Source: Vulcanimicrobiota bacterium
GTDB taxonomy: Bacteria; Vulcanimicrobiota; Vulcanimicrobiia; Vulcanimicrobiales; Vulcanimicrobiaceae
Length of the DNA stretch: 64,000 nucleotides
Assembly (NCBI GenBank): GCA_963812155.1
Contig: CAWETW010000003.1
Span: 1,056,001-1,120,000 of the forward strand
Direction of reading: 5' to 3'
Under the pieces are notes generated by a model, which was not told where the DNA came from, did not search any database, and saw only the letters and a program-made list of their open reading frames with translations. This document shows, one piece after another, positions 29,478-39,279 of the stretch; position 1 is the first letter of the stretch, and every line of letters starts with the position of its first letter. The translations under genes and the position numbers were made by a program.

Positions 29478-30725
29478 GTGTCACGCCGCACGACGATCAT
29501 GGTCGTTCTGATAGGAATCTCGGTTTTTATCAACTACATCGATCGCGGCAATCTCTCCACCGCAGCGACCCTCGTCAAGCACGAGTTGCACCTCACGGCG
29601 ACGCAGCTGGGGTTCCTCTTGACGGCGTTTTTCATCACGTATATGCCGATGCAACCGGTCGTGGGATGGCTCGTCGACAAATTTACCGCGAGCCGCGTAC
29701 TCGTCGCGGGTTTTTTGCTCTGGTCGCTCGCGACGATTTTGAGCGGCTTTGCCGGCGGTTTTGCCATGCTTTTCGCATGCCGGCTGTTGCTCGGCATTGG
29801 CGAATCGGTTTCGTTTCCGTCGATGTCGAGAATTCTCTGTGAAAACGTTACGGAGGCGCAGCGTGGCTTGGCAAACGGCATCGTACAGTCGGGACTCGCA
29901 TTCGGCCCGGCATTCGGCATCTTTTTCGGCGGCATGCTCATCGCGGCATGGGGTTGGCGTCCATTTTTTGTGGGATTTGGACTAATTAGTTTGCTCTGGG
30001 TCATCGCGTGGATGGCGATCTCGCACCGTCACGTGGAGCACACCGCCGACACGAGCGCCGGCGACGGACCGCCGATGTCGCTCATCCTGCGAGAGCCGTC
30101 TTTGTGGGGTGCCTCGCTCGCGCACTTCTGCTCCAATTTTCTACTTTACTTTCTCCTAACGTGGATACCATATTACCTCGTACACGAACGTCACTGGTCG
30201 CTCTCCCAAATGGCCAGCATTGGCGGCGCTGCGTTTCTACTGATGGGCGCGGGCATGTTGGCCTGCGGTACCATCGGGGATCGATTCATTCGTAGCGGGC
30301 TGTCGGCGACGCTGGTGCGCAAAGCGACATGCGGGGCCGGTGCTGCGATCGCCGCGGTTTCGATGATCGGAGTCGGCTACTCCGGCAACGACGCGTCGGC
30401 CGTATGGCTCATGTTTGCTGGAATCGGCACCGGCTTTTTGGGGATCAACACGTTCGTCGTCGCGCAGACAATGGCCGGCCCCGTAGCAACCGGCAGATGG
30501 GTCGGCGTGCAAAATACCGTGGCGAATATCGCCGGCATCATCGCACCCTCGCTCACCGGCATTCTCGTGGATCGAACCGGCAGTTTCCACGTTCCGTTTG
30601 CAATAGCGGCCGCGCTGGCGCTAGGAAGCGGCATCTCGTGGACGTTTCTAGTCGGCCAAATCACACGCATAGATTGGAGCAGTCGACTCGGTCAAATGCC
30701 CGCCGTTACGCCCGCGGCTTCGTAA
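29478..30725 (+). CDS. MFS transporter (ACS/sugar-acid-like)
   Basis: INYIDRGNLS, GWLVDKF, CRLLLGIGES, WGWR; about 12 TM. Confidence 0.92.
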   Translation: MSRRTTIMVVLIGISVFINYIDRGNLSTAATLVKHELHLTATQLGFLLTAFFITYMPMQPVVGWLVDKFTASRVLVAGFLLWSLATILSGFAGGFAMLFACRLLLGIGESVSFPSMSRILCENVTEAQRGLANGIVQSGLAFGPAFGIFFGGMLIAAWGWRPFFVGFGLISLLWVIAWMAISHRHVEHTADTSAGDGPPMSLILREPSLWGASLAHFCSNFLLYFLLTWIPYYLVHERHWSLSQMASIGGAAFLLMGAGMLACGTIGDRFIRSGLSATLVRKATCGAGAAIAAVSMIGVGYSGNDASAVWLMFAGIGTGFLGINTFVVAQTMAGPVATGRWVGVQNTVANIAGIIAPSLTGILVDRTGSFHVPFAIAAALALGSGISWTFLVGQITRIDWSSRLGQMPAVTPAAS

Positions 30726-30727
30726 GA

Positions 30728-31624
30728 ATGCACGACTTTCGCATGGTGCGACTCGATGAGGTAACCTTTTCGAGTTCCGATGAGCTCGCCGCAATGTATA
30801 AGCTGAGTCCTTGCGTGTGGCAGGAGAAGGGCGGATTCGAGTTGCTCGTGCGCGTCGTAAACCGCTCGGATAACCCGTCGGAAAAGGTTGCGCGCATCCA
30901 TCACGGCCGGTCTACGGACGGCTTACGATTCCATCTCGGTGAAGCGCCGGTCATCGCCCCAGGCCCCGACATTGCAGGTTCTTACGATAGCGGAGGCTGC
31001 GAGGATCCAACCGTCGCGCGCGTCGACAGCGAGTACTATGTTTATTACACCGGTTGGAACGAGCATCTGAAGCGCGGCGAGTTGCTGCTTGCGACGGGAC
31101 CGGACATGCTCCGTTTACGCAAGAGGGGCATCGCCCTCGCGTCATCCCAGCGTACCGCCAATCCGAAGGAGGCTACGATCGTGCAGGCTCCCGACGGCAC
31201 GTGGCGGCTCTTTTTTGAATACGCCGATGAAAACAAGTCGAAGATCGGGCTCGCTCGATCGTCAAGCGTCGCCGGAAAGTGGGAAGTAGTCGCACCGCTC
31301 TTCGAAGCTCGACCTGGTGCCTGGGACTCGTGGCATCTCAGCACCGGCCCGATTCTCGATTCGAATCCCGATTTTCCGGTAATGTTTTACAATGGTGCAA
31401 CCCCGAACGCGCAGTGGCGCGTCGGCTGGGTTGCATTCGATGCTTATTACACCCGGGTCGTGGCTCGTTCGATGGCTCCTCTCCTTTTGCCGCACCTCAG
31501 ACTCCACGCCGACGATTCGGATATCGCCTTCGCGGCGTCAAGCATCGAGATCGACGGAGCCATTTACCTGTACTATTCGGTAGCCGATCAATATGTCACG
31601 AGAGCCACTATCGAGCGCGTCTAG
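30728..31624 (+). CDS. GH130/GH43-like five-bladed glycoside hydrolase or phosphorylase
   Basis: GGCEDPTV, YYVYYTGWN, NPKEA, IYLYYSVADQY motifs; starts 3 nt after the MFS stop. Confidence 0.8.
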   Translation: MHDFRMVRLDEVTFSSSDELAAMYKLSPCVWQEKGGFELLVRVVNRSDNPSEKVARIHHGRSTDGLRFHLGEAPVIAPGPDIAGSYDSGGCEDPTVARVDSEYYVYYTGWNEHLKRGELLLATGPDMLRLRKRGIALASSQRTANPKEATIVQAPDGTWRLFFEYADENKSKIGLARSSSVAGKWEVVAPLFEARPGAWDSWHLSTGPILDSNPDFPVMFYNGATPNAQWRVGWVAFDAYYTRVVARSMAPLLLPHLRLHADDSDIAFAASSIEIDGAIYLYYSVADQYVTRATIERV

Positions 31625-31670
31625 CGCCGACAGAGGGCCGCGTGGCACGCGGGACTCCCGATTGCCCAGG

Positions 31671-31868
31671 ATGAAAAAGGAGTCGTTTACGATGAATCCC
31701 TCCGAGCAGACGGTCGACTTTGCCGGCGACGCAGGCGTGGTTCACGGCTTGAACACGCTCATGCAGTCGGGGAAGACGCTCGCGCGCGAGCGATACACGG
31801 ACGTCTACGTCAAGCGCAACGGCACGTGGATGGCCTTATCTGCGCAGGAGTCAAATATCGCGCAATAA
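31671..31868 (+). pseudogene. C-terminal fragment of a DUF4440/NTF2-like protein
   Basis: FAGDAGVVHG...RYTDVYVKRNGTW..LSAQ; N-terminal half missing. Confidence 0.6.
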
Positions 31869-32099
31869 CGATTTAGCTCGTACTCTGACCAATGCGCGAT
31901 CACCAATAGTGAAAATCCGCGCCGATTTAAGCGCGGATCGATTTAGCCTCAGCGGGATTCGAAGAGTGTCAGCCTCCCCGACTGATTTGCCGCCTAGGGA
32001 GCGCTCGCGCGAGCACGAATGCGCCATCATTAGCCGCTCGGTCTGTACGAGCTGCCCAAGCCGCTACTCGACACCTCTGAGAGATGAGGGACCGATCTC

Positions 32100-32450
32100 G
32101 TGGGACTGAGAACCGCTTTTCATACTACCGCGGTCTCAAGTGCCGCGACGCTTTTGTTATACGCCTGCGCTAGCAACCAACAAGACAGCGCAATCGGACT
32201 GCCGTCAACTAGCACCGCACCCGGGATAGATACTCGGACAGCCACGGCCACGAACACGATAGTTCCGGCAACCTGTACGTGTCGAACCAATTTGGTGGCC
32301 AAAAAGAGAATGGCAGCGTGACGGTTTACGCTGCCGGTTCGACCTCTCTACTCCGTACGATCACGCAAGGGATCTTTTATCCCGGGTTCAATCGTGTTCG
32401 ACGCCTTGGGTAATCTCTACGTCGCCAACTACTTTGGCTTCGACATTAAC
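32100..32450 (+). pseudogene. Truncated, frameshifted NHL beta-propeller lipoprotein remnant
   Basis: Signal-like LLLYAC, then across frames GNLYVSN..SVTVYAAGSTSLLRTITQG..FDALGNLYVAN; only about 1.5 blades. Confidence 0.65.
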
Positions 32451-32459
32451 GGAGTGAAC

Positions 32460-33686
32460 ATGCAATCAAGACTGGGCGCAGCGGTTACTGCCTTCACCAT
32501 CATGGCGTTGATGGGGTGTTCCGGCACGACTCAATCAAATATCACGCCAACAAATCCATCGCTACTTAGGTTCTCGCGCCCGAAGCCGCTTTTGACGGAA
32601 GCCGTGCTCTACAGCTTCTGCTCTACCGCACCGTCCTGCCAGGACGGCCTTGATCCGGAGGCCGGACTGACTAACGTGAACGGCACGCTCTACGGCACGA
32701 CCTTGTACGGTGGTGATCGTGGCCACGGCTCCCTCCCCTTTGGCACGGTCTTTAGTATTACGACCGGCGGGACGTATAGACAACTCTACAGCTTCGCCGG
32801 CCCCCTGAAGGACGGACCCGACGGCGAATACCCGCAAGCCGGTCTAACCTATTTGAAAGGCACGCTTTACGGCACGACGACCGTCGGAGGTACAAGCGGC
32901 GACGGCACGATCTTTAGTATCACGAAATCCGGCGCGTATAGTCAGCTACACAGCTTCACTGGCAGCGACGGCGCAAACCCAGATGCCAGTCTGATCAACG
33001 TGGATGGCACGCTCTATGGCACCACCCAGCGCGGCGGCGCAAACGGCCACGGTACGGTCTTTGCGATCACCGAATCCGGTGCGTATAATCTGCTCTTCAG
33101 CTTTGCCTCCGGAGGCAAGGACGGCTGCCCCAATGCCGGACTAACCAATGTGAGCGGCGTTCTGTATGGCACGACCAGCGGCTGTAATAGAAGAAACTAT
33201 TATGGCACGGTCTTTAAGATTACGACTTCCGGCGCCGAGACGCTACTCTACCACTTCGCAGGCGGTAGCGATGGTGCAGAACCACTGGCCGATCTGACTC
33301 GCGTAGGCGGTGTGCTGTACGGCACGACCTCTAGCGCGGGTGCCTACAGCCACGGCACCGTTTTCAAAATCACGACTGCGGGAACGGAAACCGTGCTCTA
33401 CAGCTTCAAAGGCGGGACCGACGGCGCCCAACCTCGCGCCAGCCTAACCAACGTGCGTGGCACGTTGTACGGCACAACCTTTTTTGGCGGCGCCGCGATC
33501 GGTGCCGGCACGGTCTTCAAAATCACGACCTCAGGTACGGAAACGGTGCTTTACCGATTCGCAGGCAAACCTGATGGGTTGGGTCCAGCGGCGAGCTTGG
33601 CCAACGTTGGAGGCACGCTCTACAGCACGACCGGGGGCGGTGGCGAAGCCAACGGTGGCACGGTCTTCTCGTTGTCGGGATTCTGA
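32460..33686 (+). CDS. TIGR03803/GloVer-type tandem repeat lipoprotein (intact island cargo)
   Basis: Lipobox LMGC; repeats LTNV.GTLYGTT..GG...GTVF.ITT.G.E..LY.F; GGAG RBS. Confidence 0.88.
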   Translation: MQSRLGAAVTAFTIMALMGCSGTTQSNITPTNPSLLRFSRPKPLLTEAVLYSFCSTAPSCQDGLDPEAGLTNVNGTLYGTTLYGGDRGHGSLPFGTVFSITTGGTYRQLYSFAGPLKDGPDGEYPQAGLTYLKGTLYGTTTVGGTSGDGTIFSITKSGAYSQLHSFTGSDGANPDASLINVDGTLYGTTQRGGANGHGTVFAITESGAYNLLFSFASGGKDGCPNAGLTNVSGVLYGTTSGCNRRNYYGTVFKITTSGAETLLYHFAGGSDGAEPLADLTRVGGVLYGTTSSAGAYSHGTVFKITTAGTETVLYSFKGGTDGAQPRASLTNVRGTLYGTTFFGGAAIGAGTVFKITTSGTETVLYRFAGKPDGLGPAASLANVGGTLYSTTGGGGEANGGTVFSLSGF

Positions 33687-33974
33687 TTCGCAGGCGCTTT
33701 AACGCATCGAGCCTTTCGCAACACGTGAGCGGCTCTTTCTTTGCGCGAGTCGGCATTAAGTTGACGACGAAACCGATGGGCCCCAATCGCCCGCAATCGG
33801 CATCATACACAGGTTCACGCAGCGTTAGCGGCCGAGGGGATGGGTTGCAGAGGAATCGGACGCAAATCGGCGCGGATGCGAAGCTACCCCGCATTTGCAT
33901 CGCTCTCCGGCAATCCATCGATGACCGCTTCCCATCCCATCGATTCAGCCTGGAAATCGAATCGCACTGATGCC

Positions 33975-34012
33975 AAAAGAAAAGCCCCGTCGGATCGACG
34001 AGGCTCTTCCCT
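33975..34012. terminator. Hairpin between convergent genes, probable terminator
   Basis: AGCCCCGTCG-GAT-CGACGAGGCT with an A-run on the left side (U-tract on the minus strand). Confidence 0.55.
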
Positions 34013-34042
34013 CACCTTCGAGGCGCGGACTACCAAGTGAAG

Positions 34043-35192
34043 CTACCGGACGGCAATGGCCCAGGCGTAGATGCTATTCAGCTTCGTCAAACTGCCTTTG
34101 ATAGTCTGAATGGGCTTGACGTTGCCATTGGCCCCCGCGGCGTAGACGGTTATGAAAGCTCCGTTCCTTCCATTGTTGACAACATACATATTGCCACTCG
34201 TGTCCAAAGCGATATCGAGCGGTTCACGCAGCTTTGTTCTTTCACCGACAATGGTCCGGATCGGCGCCACGTTGCCGTTTGCGCCCGCAGCATAAACGGT
34301 TATGCTACCGGCAAAATCATTGGATGCGGCGTAAGTGTTTGAGACGTATATGTTCTTGCTACCGTCCAAAGCGACGCCCTGTGGATCGTTCAGTCCGGTG
34401 TTCGAACCACTAATCCTTTGGATGGGTGTGGCATTACCGTTTGCACCCGCAGCGTAGACTATAACGGCGTCGATCGGGGAGGGGATGTATGGGTCTAGAA
34501 TAGGGACATTCGAAACATAAATGTTGTTATCGGCATCTACGGCAATACCGATAGGAACCACTAGCCCCGTGTTCGAGCCGGTTATAGTCTGGATCGGCCT
34601 TGCATTGCCATTCGCGCCCGCTGCGTACACGGTCACGGTCGGGCGAGCGGTCACGCTCGACCTTCTGTAGACGCCAGCCGTGTTCGCTAAGTAGATGTTA
34701 CCGCTCCCGTCTACAGTGAGCTTCTCCGGGTAGTCGATCCCCGTGTTCGAGCCAGTAATGGTCTGGATTGGCTTGGCATTGCCATTCGCGCCTGCGGCAT
34801 AAATCGTCACACTTGCCTTTGGCGTAGCCTTGAGTAATAATAGTTCGAAACGTAGACTTTGTGGTTTGCATCCACCGCGACCCGCCAAGGGACCGGCAAA
34901 GCAGCGTTTTACTGCCGCTGATCATGCCGAGAGGCGCTACCTTGCCAGTTGGCGTTCGCGGCAAAGATACTAGACTCTAGCTTTTTCGACCAAAGCGAAC
35001 GCGCTTGCGACATAGATACAGGCCGAGGTAAGGCACAGGCGACGACGCGGGTACGAACTGTGTACGAGCGACGGAAAAGAGGGGCTGAACTCCGGGACTG
35101 AGCGTCGGGGAGGCGCCACCACACGCGCTTAACGAAAACGCGATGGAGAGCAGCATCGTTTTGTTTGCTGCGCGGATAAAGTATGATTCCAT
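34043..35192 (-). pseudogene. NHL-type beta-propeller lipoprotein (GANGNAxP subtype), frameshifted 5' part
   Basis: Lipobox LSAC in 34977..35192; repeats VYAAGANGNA.PIQTI.GSNTG in 34043..34888; several frame breaks between them. Confidence 0.7.
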
Positions 35193-35638
35193 TGGACAAG
35201 ACCCTCCATGCTAGTAGCGTTGTCGCGGGGAACAGTCTCTAAGCAGATGGACCCGCGGCCCCAAAGGCAAGAAGTGAGCCAATGAAGACTGTGCCACCTA
35301 GTCCTACAGCGCTATTTCGAGCACTGCAATGGTAGGACCTCGTAACTCTCTGTCCGAGTAATCAAGCGCGTTTTGAGGCTTTCTTGGATTCTGCGGATCG
35401 CTTGTGGGCGTCGTTGGTTTGCCGCATCGACGACCGCTCCATCTCCCCTCGAACAACCACCTGGTGACCACTTGATGCCGGACACCACTGGGAATGCTTA
35501 GATGCCTCGGCAAGCTGAACGCAAGCCGACGACCCCGATACGCGTCACAAAGCTGACGAAAACCATCGGGCGTCGAACGATTCAAGTTCTGAGGGGTTGT
35601 CTAAGCCCTCGGCATGTCTTTGGTTTGGAGGGTACCGC

Positions 35639-36690
35639 ATGAAACGGCTAGGCAGCATGGTGGGAGCGTGTCTTAGCGCGGCGCTTTTGGCTGCGTGCGG
35701 CGGCAGTGAGAGTCTCTCCTCAGGTCCTACATCGATTGCTCCACCGATTGCTGTATCGGAAACCGCAGTAGGCTCGGCGTCGCGTCGAGCAACCGCGGGT
35801 CCCGACCTGTACGTCGCAAACCCTCCCGCCTTCGACGTTACCGTCTACGCCCCGGGTCGACGGTCGGTGCTGCGGGTGATCTCCCAAGGAGTGACGGTGC
35901 CGGTCGCGCTGGCATTTGACGGCTCCGGCAATCTCTACGTTGCAAACAGCTACCATAGCAGCGTCACCGTCTACGCACCGGGTAGCACGTCGGTGTTACG
36001 CACGATTTCCTACGGCATAGACTCTCCGACCGCGCTGGCGTTTGACAACTCGGGCAAACTCAACGTCGCAAACTCGGGCAATAACACGGTGACGGCGTAC
36101 GCCCCGGGCAGCACCTCCGTGTTAAAGACGATTTCCCAAGGTATAGACGATCCAACCGCGCTGGCCTTTGACGCCTCCGGTAATCTCTACGTCCTAAACG
36201 CACTGGGCGGTATCGACGGCACGGTTACGGTCTATGCTCCCGGGAAGCACATCGGTGCTGCGGACGATCTCAGATGGCCTGAACAAGCCGGTCGGGCTGG
36301 GATTTGTTCGCTCCGGTACTCTCTACATCGCAAACTCCGGCAGTAACACGGTGACGGGCTACGCTCCGGGAAAAACCAAAGTACTGCGGACGATCTCCCA
36401 GGGCGTGAACCGGCCGTCGGCGCTCGGGTTCTTCGCCTCGGGCAGCCTCTTTGTCGCAAGCTAGGCTGTGATCGGGCCCTTGCCCTCCGACGGTGACGGC
36501 CTACGCCCCGGGAAAGACCAAGGTGCGGCGGACGATCTCGCAGGGAGTAGAAGCGCCGAATGCGCTGGCCTTTGACGGCTCGGGTAAACTCTACGTGGCT
36601 AACGGCGAGAACGTGTTGGTCTATGCGGCGGGAACCAGGAAACTGGTTCGAACGATCTCGCGCGGCAGAAACGAATCAGCCGTTAGCGTT
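35639..36690 (+). pseudogene. NHL beta-propeller lipoprotein, disrupted
   Basis: Lipobox LLAAC; blades continue over ORFs 35597..36346, 36234..36464 and 36493..36771 with a frameshift and a TAG. Confidence 0.75.
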
Positions 36691-36699
36691 GAGGCCGTG

Positions 36700-37620
36700 A
36701 TATGCATCGTCAACACGACCCTCGTTGGAGAAGGCCTGAGCGCGGCGCTCTGGTTCGTGCGTCGGCGGTAGCGTCTCTCATCGGGGCCTACGCCGCTTGC
36801 TCCGCCGATCGCCGTGCCACGATCCTTCGCCGCAGGCTCAGCGTCGCACCCGGCCGGTTCGGGGAAAAGTCTCTATGTCGCAAACTTTCAGGGTAATACC
36901 GTGACGATCTACGCCAAAGGCAGAACGTCGGTGCGGCGGACGATCTCCCAGGACATGCACCATCCGAATAACGTGGCGTTTGACGACTCCGGTAATCTCT
37001 ATGTCGCAAATACAGCGGAACTCTAGCGTGTGCGTCTACGCCCCGCACGGCAAATCCGTTCTGCGGAAAATCTCGGATACTAGCGTTGATGACTCCGGGA
37101 ATCTCTATGTCGCCAACTACGAAGGCTCCACCGTGACCGTCTACGCACCGGGCAGCACGTCGGTGCTACGAACTATGCCCAGAGCGTGAGTTCTCCGATT
37201 GCGCTCGCGTTTGACCGAATCGGCAACTTGTATGTTGCAAACAATAATACAGTGACAGTGTACGCTCCAGGCAGCGCGTCGATGCCCCGGACGATTTCCC
37301 AGGGTGTCGATGTGCCGGAGGCACTGGCATTTGACGACTCTGGGAATCTCTATGTCGCAAACTGTGGTAGCTGCCTTAGTTCGGGCTCCGACACAGTGAC
37401 GGTCTACGCGCCGGGCAGCATGTCTTTGCTGCGGACGATATCGCAAGGCGTGAGCCTTCCGCTTGTACTACGGTTCGATGATTCTCGGCAATCTCTATGT
37501 TGCGAACTGGAGGAACAGCACCGTTACGATCTAGGCTCCGGGCACCAAGAAGGGGGTACTGCGGACAATCTCTCAGGTCTTGAGCGCACCGGCCTCGCTG
37601 GCATTCGAACCGCGACTCTA
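36700..37620 (+). pseudogene. Second tandem NHL beta-propeller paralogue, heavily decayed
   Basis: Degenerate copy of the signal region of 35639; in-frame TAG at 37532 where TI-Y-APG is expected; several frameshifts; 3' end truncated against the integrase fragment. Confidence 0.7.
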
Positions 37621-37624
37621 GTGC

Positions 37625-38153
37625 AGCAAGCCTCCAAGTCTCACACAATCGGAGAACTACTCGACAAGGACGAAACGGGGGCTCTTGTGCCTCGTTTCAA
37701 GGAACCGAAAACGGACAAGTCGCGGCGCGCTATCGCACTCCCGACGCAGGCGGTGTCGGCTTTGCGCGCGCATCGCGCAACTCTCGGGCAGCTTCGCCTC
37801 GCCGTCGGGGGCGTCGCCTCGGAGGACGACCTCGTTTTCCCTGAGCCCGAGCCACTCGGGGTGGACGCCCACGCGACCATGGAATCCGGACCGCTTCTCG
37901 GCCGAGTTTGATTGGCGCGTAAAGACCTCGGGATTACCGAAAGTTACATTCCATGGTTTGCGCCACAGTTTCGCGTCGATCGCGTTACGGGCGGGGGTGC
38001 CGGCTACAGGTTGTGAGCGAGCAACTCGGGCACACGAGCGTCAAAACCACTGGTGACCTGTACACGGAAGTGCTAGGTGACCTTCAGCGAGACGCGGCCG
38101 ATCGCATCGACGATGTCTTCGACCGCGCTCGGGCGCGCCAAAGCGCATCATAG
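37625..38153 (+). pseudogene. Tyrosine recombinase/integrase C-terminal fragment
   Basis: EPKTDKSRRAIALP, TFHGLRHSFAS (HxLR), VSEQLGHTS...DLYT, over three frames; N-terminal half absent. Confidence 0.88.
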
Positions 38154-38186
38154 GAGGTGCCGTTACAAGACACTTTCGCGCAGCGC

Positions 38187-38207
38187 GTGGGCCAAATGTG
38201 GGCCAAA
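38187..38207. repeat. Tandem GTGGGCCAAA direct repeat, putative integrase arm-type sites
   Basis: Two exact 10-mers (38187-38196, 38198-38207) between the integrase stop and the att core. Confidence 0.55.
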
Positions 38208-38222
38208 CACGCAGTTGCGATC

Positions 38223-38244
38223 AAAAAAGCCTGTAAATACAGGC
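38223..38244 (-). terminator. Terminator downstream of the tRNA pair
   Basis: Minus strand GCCTGTA-TT-TACAGGC followed by TTTTTT. Confidence 0.65.
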
Positions 38245-38250
38245 ACAGTA

Positions 38251-38326
38251 TGGTAGCCCCAGCGGGATTCGAACCCGCGTTACCGCCGTGAGAGGGCGGC
38301 GTCCTTGGCCTCTAGACGATAGGGCC
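38251..38326 (-). tRNA. tRNA-Glu (CTC)
   Basis: GGCCCTATCGTCTAGAGG...CCGCC-CTCTCAC-GGCGG...GGTTCGAATCC...ACCA; cloverleaf with encoded CCA. Confidence 0.97.
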
Positions 38327-38327
38327 G

Positions 38328-38403
38328 TGGCTCCCGGGGATGGACTCGAACCACCGACATGCAAATTCAGAGTCTGCCGTTCTGCCAACTGAACTACCCG
38401 GGA
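38328..38403 (-). tRNA. tRNA-Gln (CTG)
   Basis: TCCCGGGTAGTTCAGTTGG...GCAGA-CTCTGAA-TTTGC...GGTTCGAGTCC...GCCA. Confidence 0.96.
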
Positions 38404-38419
38404 ACGGTCGACCAGTATA

Positions 38420-39004
38420 CTACAACGCTCGGCCGTTCTCTTGCAAGCGTCTGAGGCGCAGGTTCTTTCCACTGTAGGTGTCGGTCTGGCTATGACAGTT
38501 CGGGCACAACATCCGGAGGTTGACCAAGCGGTTGTCATTCTTAACGCCGTTGACATGGTCGAGTTGCATCGTCAGGCGCTTCCCGAGCCATTCCGTGATT
38601 CCGCATTCCTCGCAACGATTGGTCAAGAGCCCCGCTCTAATTAGCCGACCTTTCACATGGCCGCGGCCGCGTTTGGCGCTACTGAGTAAGCGGTCGATCG
38701 ACATCCCGAGTGCACGTGCCTTGACCTCACCTCGATCTTGCGCTTTCTTCCACGCTGCAATACTAAAACCGAACTCGCGACAACATGCGCGAATGGAGTG
38801 ACCTTCGTCGTAGTACGCTTGGATCGACAACCAGTCGTGTTTCCTCGGCCAACGGAATCGAGTCGATCGTACTTTTAGTGCGCCTCTCTCGATTGCTTTC
38901 GTCCAAGAGTAGTGCGTGACGCCAAATGTCTGTTGGCATTTTCTAAACCCGCTTCCGGCGTCGTAGTGTCGCTGAATCTCCTGCCAGTCATAGATGCGTT
39001 TCAT
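38420..39004 (-). CDS. HNH endonuclease with two N-terminal HTH-like repeats
   Basis: CEECG..LDHVNG..NDNR..NLRMLCPNCH; repeats YDWQEIQRHYDAG.. and HDWLSIQAYYDEG..; TATAAT 7 nt before the ATG (leaderless). Confidence 0.9.
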   Translation of the reverse strand: MKRIYDWQEIQRHYDAGSGFRKCQQTFGVTHYSWTKAIERGALKVRSTRFRWPRKHDWLSIQAYYDEGHSIRACCREFGFSIAAWKKAQDRGEVKARALGMSIDRLLSSAKRGRGHVKGRLIRAGLLTNRCEECGITEWLGKRLTMQLDHVNGVKNDNRLVNLRMLCPNCHSQTDTYSGKNLRLRRLQENGRAL

Positions 39005-39083
39005 GCATGCGATTATAGTGAATGCGAGTGCCACCAGTATGGCGTACATATTTTTGTTTTACGCAAAATAATTTCCGCACGTT

Positions 39084-39125
39084 CTTCGACTGCGCGTGCT
39101 TCGCACGCTTCGCTCAGAATGACAC
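39084..39125. repeat. REP-like palindromic element (CTTCGACTGCGC...CTTCGCTCAG.ATGACA)
   Basis: Related copies at 40383, 57256 and 58773. Confidence 0.75.
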
Positions 39126-39279
39126 TGTGTTGGTTCGCAGAGAATCATGCTGAGTTGCTGCACTCAGATAACGCGGAGTGAGCTGCACTCGGAAAGATAC
39201 TGGAGTTGCTGCGCTCGTAAAAAACACGGAGCGCCGCGCTGAGAATGACCTCGCTCGTTTTTGACGAAAAGACGCGGGC

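Larger units (their letters stand above)
31944..38273. mobile_element. Decayed genomic island integrated at tRNA-Glu
   Basis: Direct repeat TAGCCTCAGCGGGATTCGAA (31944-31963) vs TAGCCCCAGCGGGATTCGAA (38254-38273, inside the tRNA-Glu 3' end), 19/20 identical; tyrosine integrase remnant next to the tRNA. Confidence 0.8.

Noticed and set aside
21828..37620. Diversity-generating retroelement behind the repeat variation
   Set aside because: No reverse transcriptase and no template/variable repeat pair with adenine-specific differences seen.
37186..37911. NHL-integrase fusion protein
   Set aside because: Chimeric ORF made from two broken genes at a deletion junction; catalytic motifs lie in other frames.
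31944..38273. Intact prophage or ICE
   Set aside because: No structural, replication or conjugation genes; integrase is truncated and frameshifted.
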